Below are positions 16,662 to 25,330 of a stretch of DNA of 36,901 nt, piece by piece. The stretch spans positions 1 to 36,901 of IMG/VR virus record IMGVR_UViG_3300005934_000012, one strand, 5' to 3'. Below the pieces are notes generated by a model. That model saw nothing but the letters and a program-made list of their open reading frames with translations, did not search any database and was not told the DNA's origin. This DNA is from a virus. Lineage: Duplodnaviria > Caudoviricetes. Numbering within the stretch: position 1 is the stretch's first letter; every line of letters begins with the position of its first letter. The translations under genes were made by a program, and so were the position numbers.

Positions 16662-16855
16662 TCCCAAACAATTTTTATGCCTCTTCTTATTAGCTCGTTT
16701 AGACATTTTTGCCTAAGCTTAGGCTTTGCATTTCCACTATTAATATAATCGAATAACTCTTTCTTTGGAGTTTGTTTCATATAAAAGTGTTGTGTTTTTT
16801 TCTTACCTGTACTTCTATCTAATAGTATCTGTGATGGTTTAAATTTCGCTGGCAT
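16658..16855 (-). CDS. small basic hypothetical protein
   Basis: 65 aa, SD-like GGAAGG upstream. Confidence 0.75.
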   Translation of the reverse strand: MPAKFKPSQILLDRSTGKKKTQHFYMKQTPKKELFDYINSGNAKPKLRQKCLNELIRRGIKIVWE

Positions 16856-16856
16856 A

Positions 16857-16997
16857 TTACCTTCCTTGGCCTCTATACTTTTTAAATGATCTTCTTTTAC
16901 TTTTATTCATAGTGGATGTATCAGGACGTCTTCCTTGACTTGTCCCCTTTTTGATACCCGTATGCTTTTGCGAGAAAGCTCCACCCGATTTTGCCAT
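16857..16997 (-). CDS. 46-aa highly basic protein (KKYRGQG type)
   Basis: MAKSGGAFSQKHTGIKKGTSQGRRPDTSTMNKSKRRSFKKYRGQGR; SD AGGAG; TAATG coupling. Confidence 0.75.
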   Translation of the reverse strand: MAKSGGAFSQKHTGIKKGTSQGRRPDTSTMNKSKRRSFKKYRGQGR

Positions 16998-17578
16998 TAT
17001 TCTCCTGTTATATGATTATATATATGCTTCCACTTCCAAAATCTTGGAATTTCACCTTCATAAAAGGCGTTATGTTCATGAGCAACAATAATTGGATTTA
17101 AACCTAAGCTTTCTCCAACTTCTGCATTTATTGGTTTATCTTCAATCCACCAACAACCTGTATCTTTAAATTTAGCTAACTCTTCATCTTTATCAGCACC
17201 ACAACCTAAATACACAAAGTCTTCCCAAATCTCTTTACCGAATAGTAATTCTAAGTTTTGAGTTCTTAGCTTTTGTGCATACTTATTAGTGCTTAAAGAT
17301 GTTACACAAATAAACTTATAACCGTGTAACATATTTAATCTTTTTATGTAATATACAGCATCTCTGAGAGGTGGTAAAAATGCAATAGCTGCTGAATCAT
17401 TAAACTCAGCAACGAAGTCGCTACCTTCGGCTTTTGTAACTCCGAATCTTTTACCTACATTATATTCGCTGTATATTTTAGTTTTGATCTTTTTGGTATG
17501 TTCCATGAAGTGTGTAAATGCGTATTCCCAGTTACAAAGAACTCCATCGCAATCTACTAATATAATATTTTCTTTCAT
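16997..17578 (-). CDS. HAD 5'(3')-nucleotidase-like protein (T4 gp30.2-like)
   Basis: LVDCDGVLCNW, CVTSL, WWIEDKPINAEVG..LGL; SD AAGGAG before 17578. Confidence 0.8.
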   Translation of the reverse strand: MKENIILVDCDGVLCNWEYAFTHFMEHTKKIKTKIYSEYNVGKRFGVTKAEGSDFVAEFNDSAAIAFLPPLRDAVYYIKRLNMLHGYKFICVTSLSTNKYAQKLRTQNLELLFGKEIWEDFVYLGCGADKDEELAKFKDTGCWWIEDKPINAEVGESLGLNPIIVAHEHNAFYEGEIPRFWKWKHIYNHITGE

Positions 17579-17599
17579 ATTTCTCCTTAACATGGGACT

Positions 17600-17634
17600 A
17601 TTATACCAAAAAATGACATGTTTGTACATGCTTT
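17600..17634 (-). promoter_or_regulatory. early promoter, AAAGCATGTACA class
   Basis: AAAGCATGTACA-17 nt-TATAAT. Confidence 0.8.
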
Positions 17635-17656
17635 TTGTGAAAAAAAGTCAACCCTT

Positions 17657-17767
17657 TTAGCTAAATAACCACATAAAAAACTTGATCTGATAGTACCAAA
17701 TAGCTCCTAAAGCGATCAAAAGTACTATCCATACTCCAAGTTTAATAAACCAATCTATTTTACGCAA
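17657..17767 (-). CDS. 36-aa membrane micro-protein (TTG start)
   Basis: (M)RKIDWFIKLGVWIVLLIALGAIWYYQIKFFMWLFS; AGGA upstream; fills gap. Confidence 0.45.
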   Translation of the reverse strand: MRKIDWFIKLGVWIVLLIALGAIWYYQIKFFMWLFS

Positions 17768-17957
17768 AATGATTCCTGATTGTTTCCAATTTATCTTCTG
17801 CCTCAGCAATTTTTCCAATCTGAGTTTCAATAGCTTCTACAATATCAGGATGTTCTCCAATACCAGCTGAGTTTCTTTGATATACCATTACATTTGCTTT
17901 GGCTACTTCAATTTCACCTTCTAACTTAGCACATAATGCTTTTAATAAATGGTTCAT
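17760..17957 (-). CDS. conserved hypothetical helical-hairpin protein
   Basis: GIGEHPDIVEAIE motif; ATG 17957 overlaps peroxiredoxin stop. Confidence 0.75.
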   Translation of the reverse strand: MNHLLKALCAKLEGEIEVAKANVMVYQRNSAGIGEHPDIVEAIETQIGKIAEAEDKLETIRNHFA

Positions 17958-18475
17958 CCTACAAATTCCTCTCCTGGATTCCACTCACATCCAGTAAGAC
18001 CACCAGCTTTTAATGCTTGTAATGTTCTTAACACTTCATGAGCGTTTCTTCCTGTATCTAATGCATTAATTGATGCGTGTTGAATAACTCTATCTTTATC
18101 GATGATGAATGTTGCTCTGTAGCATACTCCATTTTCTTCATCAACAATACCTAATTCATGCGATAAACCTAAACCGCAATCTGCTGCTAATGCATGTCTA
18201 ATATTGCCAATTAACTCATTATCTTTTTTCCAAGCTAATTTACAAAATTCATTATCACCACTGATACCAATTACATTAGCTTCTTCTACTAACATATCCA
18301 TACCAGCAATTTCTGTTGGACAAATAAATGTAAAATCTTTTGGATAAAAGTAAATAACACTCCAATCATTTTTGAGCGGAGTATAACCCTCATCTACACT
18401 TACTTGAACAAATTCGTTGTTTTCATTTACTCCATTTAAAACGAATGGAGGAAACTTTTCACCTACACTTAACAT
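17954..18475 (-). CDS. ahpC: peroxiredoxin (AhpC/TSA family)
   Basis: YFYPKDFTFICPTE, RATFIID, GRNAHEVLRTLQAL, C-terminal Cys (TGCEW); SD GGGAG before 18475. Confidence 0.92.
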   Translation of the reverse strand: MLSVGEKFPPFVLNGVNENNEFVQVSVDEGYTPLKNDWSVIYFYPKDFTFICPTEIAGMDMLVEEANVIGISGDNEFCKLAWKKDNELIGNIRHALAADCGLGLSHELGIVDEENGVCYRATFIIDKDRVIQHASINALDTGRNAHEVLRTLQALKAGGLTGCEWNPGEEFVG

Positions 18476-18476
18476 A

Positions 18477-19154
18477 TTATCTCCCAAATAATTTTCTTCT
18501 TTTATATTCAGCAATTGTTTCTAATAACTTCTTGCTCCAATTATCGCGATGTTCAATGAATACTTGTGCGCCTTCATCTCCCGCGATTAAAGTAACCAAT
18601 TGTGTAATTGGCATACCTGTTCTTTCTTCCCACATAATTGCGTATGCAGTTTCTTGTATAAAATAGTTTTCACAATATGATTTCTTTTTTAACTTCGCTG
18701 AAGTTTTATAATCAATAATAGAATTTTTACCATTCCATACACCTACGCAATCAACTCTACCTGCCACACCTAAATGATCTGAATAAAGTGGAGCTTCTTG
18801 CGCATAAACCTTTGTTAGGTTTTTATCTATAATGTCTTTTACTTCCATGAAGTTTGATTTCACAATTAAGTTAGCATCTTCATAATAATCTTCTTCATTA
18901 TCGACATACCTTTCTAATACAGCATGAACCGCAGTACCACGAGTCGAAGCTCGTTGTGATACTCTATTGGCTTCTTCTTCACCAACTCTTGCTCTCCAAG
19001 CTTGTATAGCTTCTTCGTTTAAAATTCCGAGAACTGTTGTAATGCTAGGATAACTAGTATTATTAGGACAGGCATATTCTCTGCCACGGTCAGTACTAGT
19101 TGCCACCAAGTCATCATAACCGAGATCAATTGGTTCATGTTTAAAGTTTCCCAT
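18477..19154 (-). CDS. PD-(D/E)xK exonuclease (Cas4/RecB-like)
   Basis: YPSITTVL, RGTAVH, E..LYS, AGRVDC, IIDYKTS, Q..AY. Confidence 0.88.
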   Translation of the reverse strand: MGNFKHEPIDLGYDDLVATSTDRGREYACPNNTSYPSITTVLGILNEEAIQAWRARVGEEEANRVSQRASTRGTAVHAVLERYVDNEEDYYEDANLIVKSNFMEVKDIIDKNLTKVYAQEAPLYSDHLGVAGRVDCVGVWNGKNSIIDYKTSAKLKKKSYCENYFIQETAYAIMWEERTGMPITQLVTLIAGDEGAQVFIEHRDNWSKKLLETIAEYKRRKLFGR

Positions 19155-19824
19155 TTTCGTATAATTCCCTTGTCATAATAAAATCTCTTACAAAATCGCT
19201 TCGTACAATATCTTTCCAGCCGAATTCAACATGTTCAAAATATTTCATATGATCAACAATTATCATAAATTCTTTGATTCCATTTTTATCTCCAGATCTT
19301 GTAAAATCTGATTGATAATAATCACCGCACGTAATAAATCTGCAATTATCACCCAATCTTGTAATTACTGAACAAAGCTCGTGATAATTACAATTTTGCG
19401 ATTCATCGACTATTACAATTGCATCTTTAATAGTTAATCCTCTTATAAAAGATGTAGTTAAAAATTCTATTTGCTTTGCTTGTAGCAATTTACTCCACGC
19501 TTCGTGATCTTCAAATAGATCATTAATAATAGCCTTATATGGAGTTTTATAAGCTTCTTCTTTTTCTTCTAATGTTCCAGGAAGAAATCCCATATCTCTT
19601 GTTGGTAATGCAGATCTTACAATTATAACTTTACTATATTCTTTTTTAAGAACAGCTTCTATAGCTAAATATAGAGATATAAATGTTTTACCTGTACCAG
19701 CAGAACCATCTAAACATAAATGACGACCTTTTTCGAAATATTCAAATACTTCTTTTTGTGCATCAGTTAATGGTTCTAATTGTTTTAAATGTTCTAAGCG
19801 TAATTTAGAAGGTCTTTTATTCAT
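19141..19824 (-). CDS. phoH: PhoH-family ATPase
   Basis: GSAGTGKT, GFLPG, FIRGLT, IVDESQN, ITRLG, GD..QSD, DIVRS. Confidence 0.95.
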   Translation of the reverse strand: MNKRPSKLRLEHLKQLEPLTDAQKEVFEYFEKGRHLCLDGSAGTGKTFISLYLAIEAVLKKEYSKVIIVRSALPTRDMGFLPGTLEEKEEAYKTPYKAIINDLFEDHEAWSKLLQAKQIEFLTTSFIRGLTIKDAIVIVDESQNCNYHELCSVITRLGDNCRFITCGDYYQSDFTRSGDKNGIKEFMIIVDHMKYFEHVEFGWKDIVRSDFVRDFIMTRELYENGKL

Positions 19825-20983
19825 AATGCTTTAACACCTCATTTAGTCTTTGCATGTCTTTATCTCTTGTATATTTTTCTCTAAAATAATTTGATACTGC
19901 ATATCTATCAAAATCTAAATCGGCCACTTCTTTAACTGTTTTTGCTAATCCTTTAGCTCCGATCCATTTTCTTTTAAATCCATAATCTTTTAGATAACAA
20001 TCTGGTGGATCTATTTTATATATGACCTTACAACCATGAATTACTCCTTCATATCCAACTAAACCCAATGTTTCTTTTAAAGTGGGCCACAATAATATGT
20101 GAGTATCTGATAATGATTTCATAATATCTTTATGTAATGTATTAATATGTAGATTAATTCCCGACTTTTTTATCATTTCCATAGCAGTGATTGTTTGTTG
20201 TTTAGTTAGTTTTTCATCCCTCGTATATACGTGACAATTCCAACCTTCTTTATCTAAAATTAACATAGCATTAATTGCTTGTACGAAACCCTTTTCATTA
20301 ACTGGTCTTCCAACAAAAACTACTTTTTTTTCATCAACTGGTTTTAAATCTTGAGCATCTTCTAAATAATGTATAATATCAAAACTTCCATTATAAAATC
20401 CTTGAGTTTCTAGCGTATTTCCCCATTTTTCTCTTTCCCAATCGTGGATTCTATGTGTTCTTATATATGGTTCATGCTCTCTTACTCTATAAGCTTTCAT
20501 AGTTTGATCTGTTACCCAATCGTTTGGAGATAATACTTTTCCTCCTTTTTGTATAATTGCTAGTTGATTAAATATAGCACTATATGTTGGTATTGATGAT
20601 GATGTTAGTTCATAATAGTGTTGCATATATAATATTTTATCCAATAATCCTTCAAACTTTTTTCGTAATACACCTGCTGTCATCATCGAAGAAAGTAATA
20701 TTACATCATAATCATCATATTTCTCTTCTAAAAAAGAATAAAATTTATTAAAATTAAATGTCCAACTAACTCCCTTTCCCTCTTTATCATAAGGTCTAGA
20801 AGATAAAGGACTTAAAATAATATTAGGATCTGCAGAAATTGTATCATTTGGTACTAAAAGATGTACATCATGTTCAGATTCTAAAAGTAAATCATATATA
20901 TTAGAAACCCATTTTTCTACACCACCAACAAAAGATTCTCTATCATATGTTGATGATCTTGGCCATTCAAGTAGTATTTTCAT
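19817..20983 (-). CDS. GT-B glycosyltransferase (GT4-like)
   Basis: N-terminal GGVE, VVFVGRPVNEKG, E-x7-E motif ETLGLVGYE. Confidence 0.8.
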   Translation of the reverse strand: MKILLEWPRSSTYDRESFVGGVEKWVSNIYDLLLESEHDVHLLVPNDTISADPNIILSPLSSRPYDKEGKGVSWTFNFNKFYSFLEEKYDDYDVILLSSMMTAGVLRKKFEGLLDKILYMQHYYELTSSSIPTYSAIFNQLAIIQKGGKVLSPNDWVTDQTMKAYRVREHEPYIRTHRIHDWEREKWGNTLETQGFYNGSFDIIHYLEDAQDLKPVDEKKVVFVGRPVNEKGFVQAINAMLILDKEGWNCHVYTRDEKLTKQQTITAMEMIKKSGINLHINTLHKDIMKSLSDTHILLWPTLKETLGLVGYEGVIHGCKVIYKIDPPDCYLKDYGFKRKWIGAKGLAKTVKEVADLDFDRYAVSNYFREKYTRDKDMQRLNEVLKHYE

Positions 20984-21222
20984 TTTGTTCTAATATTGTC
21001 TTTTAGCCTTGGAGGTAAACCTGATTTAATTCTATTTTGTACTTCTTTCCAGCCATCGCCAGCTTTTTTAAGTGTACCACCAACTTCGGTTGCAATAGTA
21101 GGTGCGCTTATAATCGATTCTAGTTCTGGGTTATCTTTTAAAAATTGTTCTCTATCGGCGATCTTTACCATTTTAGTAATTATCTCACCAGTATTTTTAT
21201 TTCTAAATTCATATAACGGCAT
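20980..21222 (-). CDS. FmdB-like small regulatory protein (Cys-less)
   Basis: MPLYEFRNKNTGE...FLKDNPEL..IISAP...GWKEV..RIK. Confidence 0.75.
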   Translation of the reverse strand: MPLYEFRNKNTGEIITKMVKIADREQFLKDNPELESIISAPTIATEVGGTLKKAGDGWKEVQNRIKSGLPPRLKDNIRTK

Positions 21223-21781
21223 TGAACCACTCCGGGACTTCTCTTTTAGTCCATTCCATTTTAAATCTTTTTTGTTTTGTTTGATAAAAGTTTTGATATG
21301 ACTTAACTGCATCTGTTCCACCTAATCCATGAACAACACACTCAGGATTTGATTTCATTGCTAGTTTAAATGGTGTCATACCTCCAGATCTATTAATATT
21401 TTGAGGTAATTGCTTAAGAACGTTTCTTAACTTAGTATCTGTTGAATGAATTTTTTCATAGCGATATGTATACTCATCGCATAGAGCAATGAAATGTTCA
21501 TAGTGCCAACTATAATTGCAACAACTCTCTCCTGTCCATACTGTACAAGGATGTTTAAAATGTACTGCTTTGTAAAGTACATCTTCTCTTTCATCATTCA
21601 ATCGATAATAATCTACCATTCTTTTACCTGATTTTGATGGTCTTTTTTCTTTAGTCCCATCCAACATTCTATGTATAGTAGATAGCATTTGTGCCGATTC
21701 AACAATCATTTTTACAACATGTTTGTCGCATTGTAGCTGGGCTGCTACAACTGGATCATCATCTAATACAAATACATTCAT
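21209..21781 (-). CDS. pyrimidine-dimer DNA glycosylase (DenV-like family)
   Basis: MNVFVLDDDP..AAQ..CDKHVVKMIVESAQMLST, YK..H..HPCTVW. Confidence 0.8.
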   Translation of the reverse strand: MNVFVLDDDPVVAAQLQCDKHVVKMIVESAQMLSTIHRMLDGTKEKRPSKSGKRMVDYYRLNDEREDVLYKAVHFKHPCTVWTGESCCNYSWHYEHFIALCDEYTYRYEKIHSTDTKLRNVLKQLPQNINRSGGMTPFKLAMKSNPECVVHGLGGTDAVKSYQNFYQTKQKRFKMEWTKREVPEWFNAVI

Positions 21782-21787
21782 AATAAT

Positions 21788-21817
21788 ATTATACCACGTT
21801 TTCTATATAATGTAAAC
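21788..21817 (-). promoter_or_regulatory. early promoter (leaderless transcript)
   Basis: GTTTACA-17 nt-TATAAT, 6 nt before ATG 21781. Confidence 0.85.
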
Positions 21818-21987
21818 TAATTTATTTGATTTATCTCAATCATGTCATTAATGTATTGGTCAATATATGCTATTTTTTTCTCCATCTTATATGCCAATAC
21901 TTCTTTTCCCTTTTTGATTAAATTCTTCTGATAGTATAATGCCTCTTTTTTGTCTTTCTTTAGGCGTTCCAATTGTTGTAAACTCAT
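21817..21987 (-). CDS. 56-aa hypothetical protein
   Basis: MSLQQLERLKKDKKEALYYQKNLIKKGK...; SD GGAG. Confidence 0.7.
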   Translation of the reverse strand: MSLQQLERLKKDKKEALYYQKNLIKKGKEVLAYKMEKKIAYIDQYINDMIEINQIN

Positions 21988-22046
21988 ATATATTCTCCAT
22001 AAGTTGTGTTAATTGTACTACCATAATATAAATTTAGTTTTCCTCC

Positions 22047-22478
22047 TTATTGTTTTATTAATCCTGGAAAAGCAGATTTCACAATAGCTTTAGTCACATA
22101 TTTAAGACTTAGATTTTTATCTTTAGCTGCGATCAAAAGTTCTGCTTCATCAGGGTGAATTCTTTGTAGCATTTCTACAAAGAGTTGTTCTCTTTTAAAT
22201 TGATTTAATTTAGGTGTAACAGCAGGAATAAAATTACCAAACTTAGGATATTCGAATCTAAGTTGTCTTGGTTCATCTGCTTGTTTAGCTTCTAAATTGT
22301 ATGCTTTGTATGGCGGTGCGCCATCAGGTAATGCTAATTTAATAGCGTCATCGAGAGCGATTCTTAATATATCTCTAAGAGCAGTACAATCATGCTCTTG
22401 TAAATATGCAATTCTTTCGTCTCGAGTACTAATTTTATTTACTTCTTTTAAAATATCTGATATTAATGGTTTAGCCAT
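22047..22478 (-). CDS. conserved hypothetical protein downstream of RNase H
   Basis: LPDGAPPY ... KREQLFVEMLQRIHPDEAELLIAAKDK; SD GGAGG before 22478. Confidence 0.8.
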   Translation of the reverse strand: MAKPLISDILKEVNKISTRDERIAYLQEHDCTALRDILRIALDDAIKLALPDGAPPYKAYNLEAKQADEPRQLRFEYPKFGNFIPAVTPKLNQFKREQLFVEMLQRIHPDEAELLIAAKDKNLSLKYVTKAIVKSAFPGLIKQ

Positions 22479-23325
22479 TATAAAATTCCTCCACGACTTC
22501 AATCAAATGATTACATCTTTTCTTTATTAAATAATTCAATACACGCATTTTCATTGCTGGTTTTTGACTTTCATATGTATTTATAACATTATTCTGTAAC
22601 TCTGTGGGAATCTCAGCGAGATCAATAAGAGTTTTGTTTCTCTGGTAATTTCTATATTCTTCACTTGTCATAACATCACGAAGATTATCTGCATTTTCTG
22701 CCCAATAATCGATTTTCTTTTTTGTCATTGGTGATTGTCTTATATCATCCATAATAGCATTATCAGGAGAAAGGACATTAGGTATACCATCACCTTTATC
22801 TCCTCTCATAATATGTTCGAACATGTATGATCTTGGATTTGGATCTGATACCATTTTCTTTTGAATTGGTGAATATTGTTTTACATTACTATATTTTTGT
22901 AATTGAATAAAATCTTTATCTGAAGAGATAATCATAATAGGTTCGCTTTGGCCAAATTCTTGAGTTTTTAATACAAGTGAACCGATAATATCATCAGCTT
23001 CTAAACCTTCTAAATGTAAAACTTTATACGGTAAATTTTCTTTAATTTCATCTCTTACAAGATTTAGAATTCTAAAGATTTCATTCCAATCTTGATCAGA
23101 TTCTGTTCTATTCTTTTTTCTATGAGCTTTGTAAAAAGGAAAATAATCTTTACGCCATGTATTCATACCATCGGCACATATGACCATTTGGCCATATTCA
23201 TCTCTATATTTTTTATTATACATACGAATACTATTCAGTATCATATGTCTAATCATATTTTCATCGTTTAGTTTTTGCACAATAATATTTGATAGTGCAA
23301 TTTGTGAGTAATCAAGTAGTATCAT
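22471..23325 (-). CDS. rnh: T4-type RNase H (5'-3' exonuclease/flap nuclease)
   Basis: MILLDYSQI, WRKDYFPFYKAHRK, EADDIIG, SSDKDFIQL, GDKGDGIPN. Confidence 0.95.
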   Translation of the reverse strand: MILLDYSQIALSNIIVQKLNDENMIRHMILNSIRMYNKKYRDEYGQMVICADGMNTWRKDYFPFYKAHRKKNRTESDQDWNEIFRILNLVRDEIKENLPYKVLHLEGLEADDIIGSLVLKTQEFGQSEPIMIISSDKDFIQLQKYSNVKQYSPIQKKMVSDPNPRSYMFEHIMRGDKGDGIPNVLSPDNAIMDDIRQSPMTKKKIDYWAENADNLRDVMTSEEYRNYQRNKTLIDLAEIPTELQNNVINTYESQKPAMKMRVLNYLIKKRCNHLIEVVEEFYNG

Positions 23326-23665
23326 GATGTCCTTGTTGTTCTAATAGTTTTTCGTAGATAACATCCATATATTCGTGTAAAAAATGCTTCATTCCACCAT
23401 ATCTCATGAACATAGAAGATAATAGATTTACTATCACAAAAACATCTTTTGATTCTTGTACATCTTTATTTCTAAAATTCATACCTTCGAATGGTGATCC
23501 ATCTGCATCATTAACTAATTCCTCTATAACTGTAAGAATTAATTGTGCTGTATCTACGCAATCATCTGCAAAATATTCCATTGCCATATCTTCTTCATAT
23601 TGTTCATCGGCAATTTGTTGCATTCTTTCTTTTATAGGAAACTTTATTATATTATCCTTCGACAT
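23312..23665 (-). CDS. hypothetical protein
   Basis: 117 aa, N-terminal DNIIKFP motif; follows early promoter. Confidence 0.75.
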   Translation of the reverse strand: MSKDNIIKFPIKERMQQIADEQYEEDMAMEYFADDCVDTAQLILTVIEELVNDADGSPFEGMNFRNKDVQESKDVFVIVNLLSSMFMRYGGMKHFLHEYMDVIYEKLLEQQGHHDTT

Positions 23666-23672
23666 AGTGTCT

Positions 23673-23701
23673 ATTATACCATACTTTTAAAAATAAGTAC
23701 A
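23673..23701 (-). promoter_or_regulatory. early promoter (leaderless transcript)
   Basis: TGTACT-17 nt-TATAAT, 7 nt before ATG 23665. Confidence 0.75.
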
Positions 23702-23710
23702 TAGTTATTT

Positions 23711-24316
23711 TTAATAATTTCCTGAACTTAAAACAATCTTACAAATATGTTCCAACCTTTCAATATGTTCAAATGCTCTCCATGGCGTTTCATCAATAGC
23801 TACTACACCATGACCTTTAATACCAACAATATCAAAATAACACGATCCATCACTTTGTAATCCAAGATTATCAAAACAATGATCAGCTAATTCTTGAGAA
23901 ATTGGTGGAACATCAGGTACATTTGTTGCTACTTTAGAATAACGTCCTAGTTCTGGAAAATTAGTTACTAGTTCGTTTAGTTGAATTCCAGCGTGCATAG
24001 CTGAAACAATATATGTTGGATGAGTATGTAACACCACACGTGTTTCTGTTGGTATATTTTTTTGTAATCCCCAGTGCAGAGGTAATTCTCCTGTTGGTTT
24101 TAAACCTGATGCGATATCTGTGAAATACATATCATCACAATTATCGACTTTTAATTTTTTAAACATATCATATTGAATAACTGGCTTTCTAACACCAGAT
24201 GGAGTTACATAAAAATGATCTCTATCTGCATGTCTAAGAGATACATTACCATCTCTTGTACTAATCATTCCTTTATCATATGAATGTTTCATCACTTCAC
24301 ATATAGTTTCTAACAT
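23711..24316 (-). CDS. class II aldolase/adducin-family protein
   Basis: DGNVS, VTPSG, PTGELPLH, VLHTHP, KGHGVV metal-binding pattern. Confidence 0.88.
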   Translation of the reverse strand: MLETICEVMKHSYDKGMISTRDGNVSLRHADRDHFYVTPSGVRKPVIQYDMFKKLKVDNCDDMYFTDIASGLKPTGELPLHWGLQKNIPTETRVVLHTHPTYIVSAMHAGIQLNELVTNFPELGRYSKVATNVPDVPPISQELADHCFDNLGLQSDGSCYFDIVGIKGHGVVAIDETPWRAFEHIERLEHICKIVLSSGNY

Positions 24317-24325
24317 AATATTTCC

Positions 24326-24748
24326 TTACTTTATATTTTTTACTGCGTTTCCACCAAGCCTGATTTGTATTATACCATTATAATAGTCATCAGTTAGTAA
24401 AACTCCTCGATCAAATTGCTCTTTAGCTTCTAAATATGCGCATTCACCCTTTGTCTTACAAAGATGAAGTATTTCTCTATGAAACATTTCTTCACCTTGT
24501 TTTTGAACATCTTCGTTTAAATGTTTATTCGAACCATAATAGGTTTTCCAATCACTCTCAACTAGTAAACGTTTACGACGCTTTCTTGTCTTCGTAATTG
24601 GTAATGTTTTCTTGCTCCAAAAGAATTTTTTCCCTATGTATTTCTTTCCTGTCGCTCTGTTCGTTATCAGATAAACGAAACCATATACGTCGTTGTGATT
24701 GAATTCTTTTGGTAGTTCGTATTTTTTGCCTTCGTAATGCCATGTCAT
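24326..24748 (-). CDS. GIY-YIG family endonuclease
   Basis: YGFVYLITN..TGKKYIGKK, YYGS, E, YYN; AATAAATA late-promoter variant at 24754-24761. Confidence 0.82.
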   Translation of the reverse strand: MTWHYEGKKYELPKEFNHNDVYGFVYLITNRATGKKYIGKKFFWSKKTLPITKTRKRRKRLLVESDWKTYYGSNKHLNEDVQKQGEEMFHREILHLCKTKGECAYLEAKEQFDRGVLLTDDYYNGIIQIRLGGNAVKNIK

Positions 24749-24756
24749 ATACCTAT

Positions 24757-24906
24757 TTATTCATCAAAATTTAGCTCATCTGCAGGTTCAACTGCAGTTC
24801 CGCAATGCGGACAATAAATAGTTTCTGGTCTCTCATCTTCAAAATACATTTTTGTTTCAGTAAAACAAAACTCACAACTATGTGTATACCAATGAGTTGG
24901 ATTCAT
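24757..24906 (-). CDS. 49-aa zinc-ribbon protein
   Basis: CEFC ... CPHCG; SD AAGGA; below ORF-track cutoff. Confidence 0.75.
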   Translation of the reverse strand: MNPTHWYTHSCEFCFTETKMYFEDERPETIYCPHCGTAVEPADELNFDE

Positions 24907-24917
24907 TTTTTTATTCC

Positions 24918-25136
24918 TTAATCGAATTGCGCCTTTAGTTCGTTATATCCACCGATTTTTTCTCCCATAAAAATAATCTGTGGAAAAGTTCTTGCTGTAG
25001 GAAATTTCTCCATCATTTCCTCTCTTGTAAAATCTGTACCAAAGGATTTGTATTCATATTCAACTCCTTTTTGTTCACATAATTGTTTTGCCATATCACA
25101 ATATGGACATTGTGGTTTTCCATAAATTTCTATCAT
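24918..25136 (-). CDS. nrdC: glutaredoxin
   Basis: CPYC, TFPQI, IGGY; downstream of nrdAB. Confidence 0.92.
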   Translation of the reverse strand: MIEIYGKPQCPYCDMAKQLCEQKGVEYEYKSFGTDFTREEMMEKFPTARTFPQIIFMGEKIGGYNELKAQFD

Positions 25137-25330
25137 TTCAATATTTCTCCTATAATATACATTGTTCCTAACATAAATCCTACTAAGCTTACTTGTAGAA
25201 TAGATATGCCAATAATTAATTTACCTTGGATATCAGCCCAATATTTAAGCTCACCATTAATCCATTCTTTTTGTTCTTTTGGTGTACAATCTCTGGGTTT
25301 AATAAATAAAAATTCTAATTGTTGTGGCAT
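25133..25330 (-). CDS. small membrane protein
   Basis: 65 aa with C-terminal hydrophobic helix; coupled on both sides. Confidence 0.7.
   Translation of the reverse strand: MPQQLEFLFIKPRDCTPKEQKEWINGELKYWADIQGKLIIGISILQVSLVGFMLGTMYIIGEILK

Noticed and set aside
18477-19154. Cas4-like nuclease as sign of a CRISPR system
   Set aside because: No repeat-spacer array or other cas genes seen; typical phage exonuclease
17954-21781. phoH, peroxiredoxin, exonuclease and DenV-like genes as novelties
   Set aside because: Routine components of marine T4-like phages
21887-22048. 45-codon alternative-frame ORF from ATG 22024 with perfect AAGGAGG upstream
   Set aside because: SD is 17 nt from the ATG and the ORF overlaps a better-supported gene (21817-21987)
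24326-24748. GIY-YIG protein as a mobile homing endonuclease
   Set aside because: Short catalytic domain only, no DNA-binding tail, not inside an intron; nrdA and nrdB are uninterrupted
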